Part shown: positions 1 through 12,329 of the stretch, one piece after another
Layout: the number at the start of each line of letters is the position of its first letter
Position numbering within the stretch: position 1 is the stretch's first letter
Assembly: GCA_025594325.1 (NCBI GenBank)
Contig: JANHCV010000009.1
Location: 1,678,283 to 1,742,282, forward strand
Reading direction: 5' to 3'
DNA: 64,000 nt
DNA from: Blastocladiella emersonii ATCC 22665
Lineage: Eukaryota; Fungi; Blastocladiomycota
Notes under the pieces: generated by a model
Told to the model about the DNA's origin: nothing
The model's database searches: none
Seen by the model: only the letters and a program-made list of their open reading frames with translations
Position numbers and translations under genes: made by a program

Positions 1-835
1 CGGTCGGTTGTTGAGAAATGTCCGACCCGCTTGAGGGCGTTTGTGCGAGCTCACAAACCGCTCTGGCAATCGAATCTCGAAGTCCCGTTCCTCCATTGTC
101 TTGAGCGAGGGCGAGAGCGCGAGCACCAGACGGCTGTTTGAACGCATAGTCAAGTACATCAGGCGTCTTGAAGTCGTAAAGGAGGTGGAGTAACTCGACG
201 TCGTTGAACGACCGGTGATGCGGCTGAAGCCAGTCAGGGCCGAGCAGGTAGTCGAGAACCGGGCAAAGCTCCTTGGGCGAAGTGCCAGGTTCCGCGCTGA
301 CCATTGTGGCAACCAAAAGCCCCAAGATGCGTTTGTCTCGAAGCAACATGAGAAGCTCGGGAAAGACCATTTGGGTGGAGCGGATCGCCAAGGACATTGA
401 GAGAATCGGCGCTGAGAAGGAGGCCAGCGCAGATCCCAAGAAACTCGAAAAGCCGAACAGGACGTTGAAGTATCGCATCGTAACCCGCGTAGTCAGAAAC
501 CAGATCGCCCGCGTCGTATGAGAGCGCCCCCCAATCCTTGACAGGCATAGAAATCTTGAGCAGCTGCGGGGGCGACCTCCGCCACCCGTGAAGGCACGGA
601 GTGGAGACTTGTCGGGCTCAAGCGTGTTACCGCGAACTGGAGCAAAAGTAACCAGCGACATGCATGGAAACGACTTTGCATGCAGCATATCACGGGCCCG
701 CAGAAGCACCGGTTGAACTCGTCGCGGAAGAAGGCATCGCCGATGATCCCGTTGAGTGCGCGCCTTGTTCGGGTAAATGTGTCTGAGGAGGCGGCTGGTG
801 AGAGCGTCGCGTATTAGATCGATTTCGGGTGCACG
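1..835 (-). CDS. Hypothetical protein, partial (frame runs off the left edge of the window)
   Basis: Stop-free minus frame from about 835 to position 1 (...AIWFLTTRVTMRYFNVLFGFSSFLG...FPELLMLLRDKRILGLL...LDYLLGPDW...). It is absent from the ORF track because there is no stop in the window. The 5' exon structure is unresolved. Confidence 0.4.
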
Positions 836-1433
836 TCAGTTACTCTGACCCAGCCGCCGTCCGCAAAGTCCAGTGTGAGGTAATTCAGGTCCAAGCGGTC
901 AATGGGAGCGGTTCACACGGGGCGAACATGTCCAGGTCCTCGCAGTTGACCATATCATGCGTTTTGCCTGCTGAAGGAGGCGATCGGCCCATGCGTTCAT
1001 ACCCGGGGCCGAGCTGGCGAGGTGATTACTGAGCCGGGCTGAGGCAGTGCGCACACGAGCGGTGAACGGGGCCGCGAGCTGGGGGACCGCCGCGACCAGT
1101 TCGCCGGGAAGCGCGCCAAAGCAGGGTGCCGCAGCATAAAGTACAAGCGCTCAATCCATTGCGACAAGTGCTGCGTTACATGGGCTGGGTGGTTGTCATT
1201 CAACGGGAGCCGGACATGCGCCGCGTCGCAGTCGAGCGAAGCGGCACTCGATTCGATCAGGTCACGGTCCCGACAACGTGATTTCGGAACGCGTGAGACG
1301 GGAGTGTCTCACGCGTGTTGGCTGCGCGCCCATGGCGGTGTAACCGTGGACGTGAAATCAGAGTAACGACCTTCTTTCATTGCTTGCTTCACGGTTGAGC
1401 GACCAAGACACTTGCGCAAGGGGAGAATGGGGG

Positions 1434-2195
1434 TTACAAAATGTGCGAATGCTTAAGGACAGCGGCTGTAACCTTGTCCTGCAGGCGGTCCTTGACGGCG
1501 GATTCCCAATCGGCGCGTGTCATGGCATACTGGACCCACTCGCCCGTGAGGCCGACGCGGGCGGCGCCCTCGACCCACCGCTCACCCGCGACGCCGAGGA
1601 TGCGCTCGCACCACCCGCGCATCGCCGTGTTGCATTTGGTCGTCCGGAACCACATGGAGACGACCGGTTCGGTACCGTTGAACTTGGCGTGGTCAAACGT
1701 GGCCGAGATCGCGAGGAACAGAGCCTCGTGGGCGATGCCGCGGCCCTGGAAGTGCGGGGACACCATGAGGCCCATCTCGGCCCGCGGCGTGACAGCGTCG
1801 TGGAACACGGCCGTGTCGGGCGACGCGATCCAGCGCGGCTGCCCCACGACGCCGACGGGCGTCCATGCAGCGGAATCAGAAGCGATCGAAGCCCAAGTCA
1901 CGACCGCCGGCATGTCCGAGGCGGTCGGAGCGAGGATCAGATAGTTGCCAGCTTCTCCCGCAGCGTTCACGGCGGCGCGGTCCTCGAGATCCGCAATCGC
2001 AGCCTGGCGCGAGGCCATGAGCGGGACCCCGCCGGCCGCGAGATGATGCATCGCGACGGGGTCCGACTTGAGCGCAAAGTAGAAGTCGATCCACGCGTCG
2101 GGTAGCTGAGGTGACTGCGGGACGAGCACGATCCGGCGGCCAACGAGAACGGCGGGAACGCCAAGGCCCATGGCGGGCGGCGAGTTGAGATCCAT
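1434..2195 (-). CDS. GNAT family N-acetyltransferase (RimJ/RimL-like)
   Basis: N-terminal LVGRRIVLVP, acetyl-CoA-binding motif EMGLMVSPHFQGRGIAHEA and C-terminal N-x-A-M motif (TKCNTAMRGW). The likely start is the ATG at 2195 inside ORF 1434..2468; no introns. Confidence 0.75.
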   Translation of the reverse strand: MDLNSPPAMGLGVPAVLVGRRIVLVPQSPQLPDAWIDFYFALKSDPVAMHHLAAGGVPLMASRQAAIADLEDRAAVNAAGEAGNYLILAPTASDMPAVVTWASIASDSAAWTPVGVVGQPRWIASPDTAVFHDAVTPRAEMGLMVSPHFQGRGIAHEALFLAISATFDHAKFNGTEPVVSMWFRTTKCNTAMRGWCERILGVAGERWVEGAARVGLTGEWVQYAMTRADWESAVKDRLQDKVTAAVLKHSHIL

Positions 2196-2923
2196 GGTAA
2201 ACGCTTGATGACGATGGCGATGGATTACGGAAGCAGGAGCGCGAGGAGGGAGAGCGCAAGGTATCTGTTGAGGACCGCGGGAAGCGAGCTGCATCGGGTA
2301 ATCGGCCGGTGCATTCCCGATACCACGGAATGCGATGCGTCGCGGGGTGCGAGTCATGATCCACGTGTGCGGCGCGTCAAGAAAGTGTCTCACGCTGTCT
2401 CGCATCGCGGATGGTGGCGCAGCAAAGGTCAACGGACGACGCGTTTCATCCACTCTCAACTTCACCACACTTCACTGAAACTACGCTTAGGGCTTTCCGA
2501 ATCACATCTGTTGATTTAACTTGGCGTGAAGCTCTAATTTCGCGACGAGACCTTTTTGCGTTCGGGCGGCCAACGAGGGCCATGATGCCCATGTTCGAGT
2601 TGCTCCGGATGATCGGTCAGGCCTCGACCGGATCTTGGTGTGGTGCCAGCACCTCCCACTCAAAGTCGACGGTAGGATGATGCAGAACAGCAGCACATTT
2701 GATTAGTGGGGAGGGTGGGGAAACTAACTGAGAAGATAACAAGTGGAGGATGAGGGGAAGGTAACAGAAAGCACTCTGAGGAGGGAACAAAACGGATGAC
2801 TATGACGATCAATCAACTGACAGCAGCTGCGACAACTGAGAAAACGACGAGGATCAAGAAGTACACGGCGGGGAGCGACTGGGACGGCCGCGGCGACGCG
2901 TGGTTGCTCGAGTCGCGGGCAGT

Positions 2924-5900
2924 TCACAGCAGCGTGGCGCCGGACGCGAGCGACGACGTGGACGTGGTGGCCGACGGCGCCACGAGCATCGACGAGGACG
3001 CGCTCGTGACGTTGTTGTTGTGGCCGGGACGGGCCGACGTTAACGACGACGAGCCGGCAGCGGTGCTGGGGCTCGCAGCCGCCGCGGCGCGGTGCGCCAT
3101 GGCGACGAGGTGGTCGTACTCGCCCGACTCGCGGCACATGTGGTTGAAGATGGACTCGGGCTGGTCAATGAGCTCGGCGGGCGAGCCAAACTCCATGACG
3201 CGGCCGTGGTCGAGGACGAGGATCCTACGAGGTGCGAGTGAGCGTTGTTAGCATGCTGCAGTTACATCCAGAACTAGACTCGAAAACACGTACTTGTCAA
3301 AGTCGGCGACGGTGCGCAGGCGGTGCGCAATGACGAGGATCGTCGAGTCGGCAAACTCGGACCGGATCGTCTCCTGGATCTTGGCGTCCAGGTCGTGGCT
3401 CACGTTCGCCGTGGACTCGTCCATGATGATCACCTTGGACCGCCGCACCAGCGCGCGCGCGAGCGTGACTAGCTGGCGCTGGCCCTGCGACAGGTTCTTG
3501 CCGCCGGCCGTGACGGCCGAGTCGAGGGTCCACGCGCTCGTCGACTGTGCCGACGCCTGCTGCTGCGCCGTCTCCTCGGACGCGTTGCTGCTGGACGAGG
3601 AGGACGAGGAAGAAGACTGGACGGCCGACTCGTCGCCACTACGCTGCTGCTGCTGCTGTTGCTGCTGGGCCGACTCGAAAAAGTGCACGCGCTCGAGCGC
3701 GTTGATGCACGTCGCGTCGTCGTGCTCGCCGAGCACGTCGAGGTTGGACCGCAGCGTGCCCTCGAACAGGACGGGGTCCTGCGGGACCATGGTGACGCGA
3801 GACCGCAGCACGGCGAGGTCGAGGTCGCGCGTGGCCACGCCGTCAATCTCGATGACGCCGCCCTCGGGCTCGACCATGCGCAGCAGCGTCAGCGCGAGGG
3901 ACGACTTGCCCGAGCCCGTCCGGCCGACCACCGCGAGTTTGGTGCGGCCGGGCACCAAGAAGGAGATGCCGCGGAGCACGGGCGACGTGGACGACGGGTA
4001 CCGCATCGTGAGGTCGCGCACCGTCAGGTCGCCGCGCGTCGGCCAGTGCACGGGCTGGTCGCCGCCCGTGGCCTCCTGCTCAATGGCCATGAGCTCCTCG
4101 AACCGCTCGACCGAGTTCATGTTCATCTGTTGGAGGGTTGGTTGGATCGTTAGTTTGTGTCGTTTCGTTTGACGGCGAACGAGGGAGAGAGAACACGACG
4201 TACCTCCATCATGGCGTGGATGCGGACGAGCCACAGGCACGAGTCGGAAATGGTCATGACCCACGTCAGCGCGATACCGGCGGTGCCGGCGTACAGGCCG
4301 CCCGAGATGAGGATGGCGAGGCCGCACGCCATGATGATGACGTTGCTGAGGAAATCGACGCGGATGCTGAGCCAGCGGTTGGCGAGCCACAGCGCGAAAA
4401 AGGGCCGGTGGTGGTCGTCCATGCGGGCGTGCGCGCGCTGCTGGAACCTGGCCTCGGACCGGAACGCGCGGATCACCGAGGTGCCGCCCGTCGTCTCCTG
4501 GTACACCGAGTACACGGGTGAGCGCGTCACCGACTCGAGCCGCTTCAGCTCGCGACTGCTCGCGAGGTAGTACCCGGCAATGAACTTGTACATGACGCCC
4601 AGGGGAGCCACGAACGCGAGGAACAGCGGGCTGATCACCGAGACCATGATCAGGATGATGAGCACCGACGAGGAGGCCCAGGCGACGCCCGTCAGGGTCC
4701 AGATGACCTCGCGGTCAATGGTCTGCATGTCCTTGGAGAAGCGGTTGGTGAGGCGGCCGAGCGGCGTCTTGTCAAAGTAGCCGATGGGCGCGCGCATGAT
4801 GCGGTGCAGGATGCCCTCGTGCAGCTTGACCGAGGCGCGGAGCGCGACAATCATCTCGAGCACGTTGAACCCGAACTGGAGCACGATGTTGACGGCGCAC
4901 AGGCCCGCGTACACGAACATGTAGAAGGCGAGGTCGACGTGCGGGGACGACGAAGCGGGCGCGTCGCCGTCGGCGAGCATGACCATCGAGTACAGCGACT
5001 TGGACGCGTGGTTGGCGACAAACACGTTGGCCTGCGAGTACGACTGCGCCCACATCTTGAGCCACCAGTCCTGCGCCACGTTGAGGCCCTGCGGCAGGAT
5101 CAGCCCGAGCATCATGAAGAACCACCAGATGAAGCCGCCCGTCGCCGCAAAGTACGCCGCGTACACGGACCACTCGACGGACCCCGTCGCCTTTTCCTCG
5201 TCCTCGACGAGGCGGTGCACCTTCTTCTCGGGTTCAGCGGCACCAGCGGCCGCCGCGTCCGAGTCGCTGGTGCCCAGAACGGCTTCGGCGGCAGCGTCGG
5301 CGTCGCCCTGCTCGGGCTTGGCCTTGCCCTTGCCCTTGGCGGCCTTGGTGTCGGAAGCCTTGGCCGTGAGCGACGACTCGGAGGGCTGGCGCGAGAGCGC
5401 TGGCGTCGCGACCTCGAGCAGGCCGTCGGCCTCCTCGTCGAAACCCTGCGCCGTGAGCTGCGCGGCAACCTCCTGGATCGAGGAACCCGTGGCCGCAACG
5501 CTGCCGTCCTTGACGTAGACAATGTAGTCGGCGCGCGGCGCAACGAGCCCAACGTTGTGCGTCACGAGAATCCGGGTCCGGTCCTTGAGGATATCGCCGC
5601 AGATGCACTCGTGGAACAGGTGGGCGGCCGTGGGCGCGTCCACCGCGCTCAACACATCGTCGAATTGGTATGCGTCGACGTTCGAGTAGACGGCGCGCGC
5701 GAGCGAGATGCGCTGGCGCTGGCCGCCCGACGCGTTCACGCCGAGGGCGCCGAGCTCGGTCATGTCGCCGGCGTCAAAGATCTCGAGGTCGCGCGTGAGG
5801 GCGCACGCCTTGATGACGGCCGCGTACCGCGCCGCGTCGAACGGCGCGCCGAACGTGATGTTGTCCTTGATGGTCGCGTTGAGCAGCCACGCCTGCTGCG

Positions 5901-8324
5901 GCACGTACGCGACGGGCACCTTGGGCATGAACACGGACCCGGAAACGAGCTCGAGCTCGCCCAGCAGCGCGTGCAGCAGGGACGACTTGCCCGAGCCCGT
6001 CTTGCCCAGGATCACCGAAAGCTTGCCCTTGGGGAACTTGACCGACACGTTGCGCAGCTGGAACGCCGACGACGCGTCGTTGGTCGCCACGGCGGTCTCG
6101 CCGTCGACCACCGGGGTTGTGTCGGCGACTTTGATCTTGCTGGACAGGAGCGACGTGGTCTCGTCGGCGACGGCCTCGTTGAGCGCTGTCGTGGACGAGG
6201 AAGCCGAGAGCGTCGCCACGGCGGCAGCAGCCGAGTCGGAGGACGAGGTACTGGAAGACTCGCCGACCGGAGCGCGGGGCCACTGGAGCGTCGCGTCCTT
6301 GCACCCGATGTAGTAGTCGCCGACGGCATGGTCGAACGAGCCGTAGCCGGCCGCGCCCGAAGCCGTGGCGGACGTGTCGATCGTGTAGTCGACGAAGTCG
6401 GGACCGTCGAGGTACGACTGGATGCGCAGGATCGACACCTTGGTCTCGAAAAAGCGAATTAATTGGTCTGGTAGGTCCCAGAGAGGCATGCGGAGGACCG
6501 AGAAGAGCGAGATGGCCGTGAAAACGGTGGTCGCGTCGAGGTCGTGGCCGGCGATACCCGCGTAGGTCATGAACGTGCCCATGGTGACGAGCGTCGGGAC
6601 GGCGTGGTACAGGACGTTGACGGACGACATCATGATCCAGTAGTGGCGGATCCGATTGACCTCGTTGTCACGCAGCGACTGGATGACGGCCGTGAACTTG
6701 GGCTCCCAGGCAAAGTACTTGAGCACGCGGATCCCGCCGAGCACCTCCTGCATCTTCTTGACGCGGGCGTCGGTGGCCTCCATGACGAGCTCCTGCTTGT
6801 TCTCCATGATGGTGCCGAGCCACGACTGGATCGGGACCATGACGCACAGGAACGAGACACCGAACAGCGCCGACCACCCGAGCAGCGCGTACAGGGCCGT
6901 GATGCACAGCACGATCTGCATGGGCGTGGTGATGAGGAACTGGAGGTAGGCAACGTAGTCGAGGATGCGGCCGACGTCCGTGCCGACGAGCACGTTGACG
7001 TCCTGCTCCTTGGTCTTGTCGGCCTTGGACTTGGGTTCGCCGTCGGCCTTCTTGGCGGGCGCCATGTACGGGTTGCGCGTGAGCGTCTTGCGGTACAGCA
7101 GCGAGTTGAGGATCGCGCGCACGCGGGTGCCGACGCGGCGACCAGTGAAGAACATCTGGCCAGAGCAGATGGACGAGAGCAAGTTGCCGGCGAACATGCC
7201 GAGGACGTAGAGGTACGGCGTGTATGCGGGCACGTCGGCGGTCTGGCCGTCGAGGTACGAGAGCAGACGGTTCAGGAAGTAGGGACCTAGCAGGGCGGGG
7301 TGAACGTCGTTAGCCAACGCTCCACCTCGTTTCGAAGCCGAGTTGACGTACCGCTGAAGGACAGGATGGTGACGCAGAGGCCCATGAGCATCTGGTAGGC
7401 GAGCAGGTACTTGACGGTGAGCAGGACGGCGACCCAGGTCGGGCGGCCAGGTTTGGCGTTGGTCGACAGCTCGCGGATCGCGGACACAGACTTGTCCTGC
7501 AGGGCGAGGTCCCACACGTCGGCGAGCTCGAGCGGCTTCTTGTAGCCCTGGTGCACGAGCGGCGTGAACCACGAGAAGGTGGCGAGCTGCAGGACCGAGG
7601 CGAACGGCTCGAGCGACATGGTTGGGCCGGCAGCCTCACCGGCATTCTGCGACGACGCGAGCAGCAGCTTCTGCTTGACGTGGGTGATGCGGTTGTACTC
7701 GAGCGTGCTCCAGATGAAGGCGGCGAGGACGAGCGAGGCCTGGGCGATCGGCAGCATGTGCTCGGGCGCGAGCTGGGTGGCGCCGAGCAGGACCGAGCGC
7801 AGGTTGACGAGGGCGGCGACCAGATCGACGAACAGGATGGCGACGAGCGAGAAGATGCGGGAGCCGCGCATCGAGGCGGCGGCGAGGGTGGCGGCCGCGG
7901 CAAAGACGGCGTGCAGGCCCTGGACGGCGGCCTCGTTGGCGTCGCCGGCCGTGACGGCGGCGTTGAGCGTGCCGGCAACGAGGGCGGCCGCGTAGGCGCC
8001 GAGCGTGGCGGCGAGCAGCTTACGCAGCAGCGACAGGCGGGCGTTGACCTGGGTCAGGGCGGCGGTGGCGGCGAGCGGGACGACGGTGCCGCCCTCCATG
8101 GCGGTATCGCCGAGGTCCTCGGACGGGTCGTCAACGGGCAGCTGCATGTAGGCGGGCGCATCGCGGGCGCGGTAGCGGAGGCGGTAGGCGGCCCAGACGA
8201 GTGCGCCGGCGCCGAGCGGGGCGGCGGTGCGCACGACCCAGGCGAGGAAGCACGGCGACAGGTCGTCGGGGCGGGCCGGGTCGGACGGCGACCAGTGGCC
8301 CGAGGGGCATAGCAGCGACGACAT
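2924..8324 (-). CDS. ABCC/MRP-type ABC transporter (Ybt1/Ycf1-like), 4 exons
   Basis: TMD0-TMD1-NBD1-TMD2-NBD2 layout. Walker A GKTGSGKSS and GRTGSGKSS; signatures ASGGQRQR and LSQGQRQ; ELKRLESVTRSPVYS motif. GT-AG introns 7287-7351, 4127-4203 and 3225-3293 join the ORFs in frame. Confidence 0.93.
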
Positions 8325-9147
8325 GGTTGCTGCTGGTGCGAGCAGAGTCGGAGAGGCCGTGGCGGTGATGGTGGGGACGGCGTGCGCGAGGACAGGCGCT
8401 CAGCGACGGAGCAGAAGACTCGCGGCGGGCTGTGAAGGAGCGGACAGTCCGTTAGCCTCGAGGATCCGGCCACCAGCAGTGCGAGTGGACAGCGGGTGCG
8501 GGAGAGAGAGGGGGAGGCGGGGGCGACGCCGTTTTGAGGGCGGAGCGGGGAAGCGGGGGAAGCGGGAGAAGGCCCGGGTCGGCGTCACCGGAAAGGACGC
8601 CCATCGATTACCCAATTGCTTCACCGCCGGACTCTTATGTGCGCGAGCGCGGAGCAAACGTACCGGGAGTGACTTGGTCGGTTAACCGAGTCGGGTCGGG
8701 GAGTGTGTACTGGCTGGTAAGGGGCGAGGCAGCAGCGGCGGCAGTGGTTGCGGGGCGGCAACAGGCCAGAGAGAGAGGTCAGAGGGGCAGGACGCTTCTG
8801 AAGAGCGTACATGTGGGGTGCGGGGGGACCGAGAGGGTCTTGTACCTGACTGGACTGCGGGGGTGCGAGTGCATGACGTGATGGATGGGCGCAAGTGGGC
8901 GACCTGCCGACCAAGGCGCAGCACGGCTGAAACGCCGCGAGACAGGTCTGTTTTGAGTCACAATCGCAGGGCGCGGCGCGCACGCAACTGGTGGGCGTGC
9001 GTGGGACGCGTCGGATGGGCCAATCCGGCAGCCCCCCGATCCGCTCGCGGTCGAGTGACGCACTTCGATGCGCTTATCCCAGCCAATTCCCGCCCATTCT
9101 GTATTTACACGGTCCGCCTCCACCACGCGAACAACCAACTCAATCCA

Positions 9148-10857
9148 TCACCGTCTCCGCGATGCGCTCCGGCTGCGCCGCGCCGCGAGCACCTTGGCCG
9201 CGACCGCCGCCGCCGCCTCGGACCGGCGCCGCTTGGCCTTCTGCCACGCGTCCTTGAACCGCCGGTCCATGACCAGCGACAGCACCGGGTTCCACACGCA
9301 GATGAGCGACGCGAGCGCCCCGCTGACCGCGTCGAAGTGCGGCACCACCGGCCGCCCCGTCACCCACGCCCACAGCAGCTGCACGTCGTACATGCCCCAC
9401 GACACAAAGTACGTGCCCACGATGGCCACGCTGCGCCGCATCAGCATGAGCCCGAGCGACTGCGCCTCGCGCTGCGGGCCCTCGAATGACGCATCCGCCG
9501 CCGACTCGTCGAGCGAGCTGCCGCGGCCGACGGTTGCCCCGCTCGTGCTGCTGAGGCTGCCGCGTGGCGTTGTTCGACGCGGCGACCCAGATGACGCACC
9601 ACCGCCGCCGCCGCCGCCGCTTCCACCCGAGGATGACGCGGCAGTCGACCCGCTGAGCAGCGGCCGCGTGCCGGACCCGCCCGACCCGGACGCGGGCGAG
9701 TACGAGTCGCCGAGGTCGCTCGCCGCGTCCGACTGCCACGACCCTTGGCGCCGCGGCAGGCCCGCGACGTTCGTGTCGACAGTGAGGAACTGCAGGTGCC
9801 CGTTGCCCGACGGCGGGCTGTGCCCGAGCGGGAGCGGCGGCTGCGGCTGCGTGTTTTCCTGCAGCGACTGCAGGACGTACGTGGTCAGCGGGCCGACGGC
9901 TTGCACCACGGCCGCGTCGTCCCGCTGGTCCTGCTGCTGCCGGTGCTGGATCAGCCGCTGCACGCGCCGCAGCGTCGAGCCCGGCGCGGGCGCCTGCTCG
10001 TCGATCCCGGGCATCGTGACCTGTCCGTGGCTCGTGCGCCGGCTCGACCCGCCGCCGGCACCGCCGCCGCCATTGGACAGGAGCAGCGCAACCGAGCTCC
10101 GGACGCGTGCCGAGAAGCTGCCGCTGCGGTGCGACCCGGACCGCGACACGCGCCGGGACCAGTTGGACGCCGACTCGGCGAGCGCGCGCTGGTTGCGGTA
10201 GAAATCCGTGATGATGCGCGAGAAGGCGCCGACCAGCGTGACGGCCGTGACGTTGAGCACCGCGAAGATGATGACCTGGAACGTCACGTCGACGGGCACG
10301 CGGCTCGCCCAGTCGTACGTGCAGTAGACGCCCGACGGCTGCGGCGCGTACCCGACGGTCCACGACTCGATGGACACGCCGAACGCGGCGGCGAGCGGCG
10401 GAAAGAGGAAGGGGAGCACCGCCATGAACGCCGACGACACCCACAGGCCCGCGACGAGCAGCACGATGGTGCTGTGCGGGACCACCTTCTGCACGACGAT
10501 GCGCATGTACCGCTCGTACGTCATGAGCGAGATGGTCATCATGGACGACACCACGGCAATCTCGTTCATGGTGCCGTTGAACATGCACAGCGACGGCAGC
10601 GTGCGCAGGATCGTGCGCGGGTCCTCGTCCGCGAGCCGCGGGTCCGACCGGTAGAAAAAGTAGATGAAAAACGACGTGGGAAAGTTGACCGTCACAAACA
10701 GCAGGTCCGACGCCGCCAGCGACATGATGAGCAGGTTGACCGAGTTGCGGTACAGCTTGCCGCGCACGCCCAGGAACAGCAGCGTCCAGTTGAGCAGCGA
10801 CGCCGTTCCGCCGATCAGGCACAGCCCGAGCGCCACGGGGCCCACTTGGTAGTCCAT
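9148..10857 (-). CDS. Opsin-like class A (rhodopsin-family) GPCR lacking the retinal-binding lysine
   Basis: Seven hydrophobic segments; TM2 NLLIMSLAASDLLF; TM3 Cys and ERY motif; ECL2 GYAPQPSGVYCTYDW; TM7 ALASLICVWNPVL followed by DRRFK. Long Ser/Gly-rich ICL3; intronless. Confidence 0.8.
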   Translation of the reverse strand: MDYQVGPVALGLCLIGGTASLLNWTLLFLGVRGKLYRNSVNLLIMSLAASDLLFVTVNFPTSFFIYFFYRSDPRLADEDPRTILRTLPSLCMFNGTMNEIAVVSSMMTISLMTYERYMRIVVQKVVPHSTIVLLVAGLWVSSAFMAVLPFLFPPLAAAFGVSIESWTVGYAPQPSGVYCTYDWASRVPVDVTFQVIIFAVLNVTAVTLVGAFSRIITDFYRNQRALAESASNWSRRVSRSGSHRSGSFSARVRSSVALLLSNGGGGAGGGSSRRTSHGQVTMPGIDEQAPAPGSTLRRVQRLIQHRQQQDQRDDAAVVQAVGPLTTYVLQSLQENTQPQPPLPLGHSPPSGNGHLQFLTVDTNVAGLPRRQGSWQSDAASDLGDSYSPASGSGGSGTRPLLSGSTAASSSGGSGGGGGGGASSGSPRRTTPRGSLSSTSGATVGRGSSLDESAADASFEGPQREAQSLGLMLMRRSVAIVGTYFVSWGMYDVQLLWAWVTGRPVVPHFDAVSGALASLICVWNPVLSLVMDRRFKDAWQKAKRRRSEAAAAVAAKVLAARRSRSASRRR

Positions 10858-11254
10858 GATTCCGCTGAAAATTGATTCATGGAACTAGAGAGCACACACG
10901 CAAGGCCCGCGCTTGTGCGCAGCTCGCCGCGTGGCCGGGCGTATGTGTCCCATGGTATCGCTGCATGGAGTGTGTGTCGATGCATTCTCTCTCCGCTTAC
11001 GTCGCGGAGTCGTCAAAGAGCGTGGGTCCCTTTCGGGCTCAGGGGAAGCGAGAGCGAGGGCGATCGCTCGGCCCGACGCGCTGCGCCACTCTGCGGGTGC
11101 GAGACGCGTCGCCTTTCCGCCACGTCAAGCAGCTCACGTGCGGCGCCGCAGAAGGTCGCCGATCGCCCTGCTCTCGTCAGCACGCCTCCTCCTTCCCCAT
11201 TCTCTCTCCCCTCAACCAACCCAGTATCTGCAACGTATCAATCACGAAGCAACC

Positions 11255-12229
11255 ATGCGCTTCGACCTCGCGTTCCGCCTGTTCATGGCGCTGCTCGGCG
11301 TGTGCTTTGGCGCGAGCGCCGTGCACGCGCTCTTCTCGGCCAAGTCGGGCATGCCGCACTTCACGCAGTCGACCTTCAAGTCCGAGGTCATGGCGACAGA
11401 GCAGACGACGCTGGTGCTGTACTACGCGCCGTGGTGCGGGTACTGCAAGCAGTTCTCGCCCGCGTACGAGGCCGCGCGCAAGAAGCTCAAGGGCTACGCC
11501 AAGGTCGGCGCCATCAACTGCGACGAGGAGCGCCAGCTGTGCGCCGACGCCGGCGTCCAGGGCTTCCCCGTCGTCAAGGCCTACTACACCAACCCCAAGA
11601 CCCGCAAGCGCGTCGCCGTCGAGTACCAGGGCGACCGCTCCACCAAGTCGGTCACCGACTTTGCGCTCGACCGCCTGCCCAACTTTGTCAAGCCGCTGCG
11701 CGCCGGCACCGGCGGCATGGCCCTCGACAAGTTCTACGCCCTCGAAAATGCCACCCTGCCCAAGCTCGTCGTCGTGAAGCCGCCCGCCAAGGCGCGCAAG
11801 GCCACCGCGAAGCTGCTCAAGGCCCTCGCCATCGACTACCACTACCGCGTCGTGTTCGGCGAGGTCACGGGCGCCGCGGCCGACGACGCCGTGTACGCCG
11901 ACTTTGGCGTCGCGCCCAAGGACACGGCCGTGTTCGTGATCCCCGCGGCCGGCGCCGGCGACATGGTCAAGTACGACGGCGAGATCAAGCAGAAGCCCCT
12001 CCGCGCCTTCCTCGACGCCCACGCCGCCAAGGAGCCCGTCGGCAACAAGCGCGCGAGCAAGGCGGGCAAGGGCTCCGCGTCGTCGTCCAAGACTAAGACG
12101 AAGTCGAAGTCCAAGACGGCGGCGGCCGCGAGTACGGCTACCGCCACCGAGACTTCGGCCAAGCCGTCTCCGACTGCGACTGCGACCAAGAAGCCCAAGA
12201 TCAAGGCGCCCGCGCACGACGAGCTGTGA
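11255..12229 (+). CDS. ER protein disulfide isomerase-like protein (Mpd1/PDIA6-like)
   Basis: Signal peptide MRFDLAFRLFMALLGVCFGASAVHA, thioredoxin active site YAPWCGYCK, second redox-inactive thioredoxin-like domain and C-terminal HDEL. Confidence 0.9.
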   Translation: MRFDLAFRLFMALLGVCFGASAVHALFSAKSGMPHFTQSTFKSEVMATEQTTLVLYYAPWCGYCKQFSPAYEAARKKLKGYAKVGAINCDEERQLCADAGVQGFPVVKAYYTNPKTRKRVAVEYQGDRSTKSVTDFALDRLPNFVKPLRAGTGGMALDKFYALENATLPKLVVVKPPAKARKATAKLLKALAIDYHYRVVFGEVTGAAADDAVYADFGVAPKDTAVFVIPAAGAGDMVKYDGEIKQKPLRAFLDAHAAKEPVGNKRASKAGKGSASSSKTKTKSKSKTAAAASTATATETSAKPSPTATATKKPKIKAPAHDEL

Positions 12230-12329
12230 TCTATTTTGCTCCATATAGAACGAACTTCCCTCTCGACACCGCGTGCAAAGTGTGTGGTACATCTTCCTCC
12301 TCCTTTACGCGAACACCTCTCGCTCCCCA

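Noticed and set aside
4804-6462. Long antisense and alternate-frame ORFs over GC-rich genes (e.g. 4804..6462, 9140..10822, 34960..36564, 38450..39466)
   Set aside because: These are expected shadows of strong GC3 codon bias, with Arg/Ala/Gly-rich translations and no motifs.
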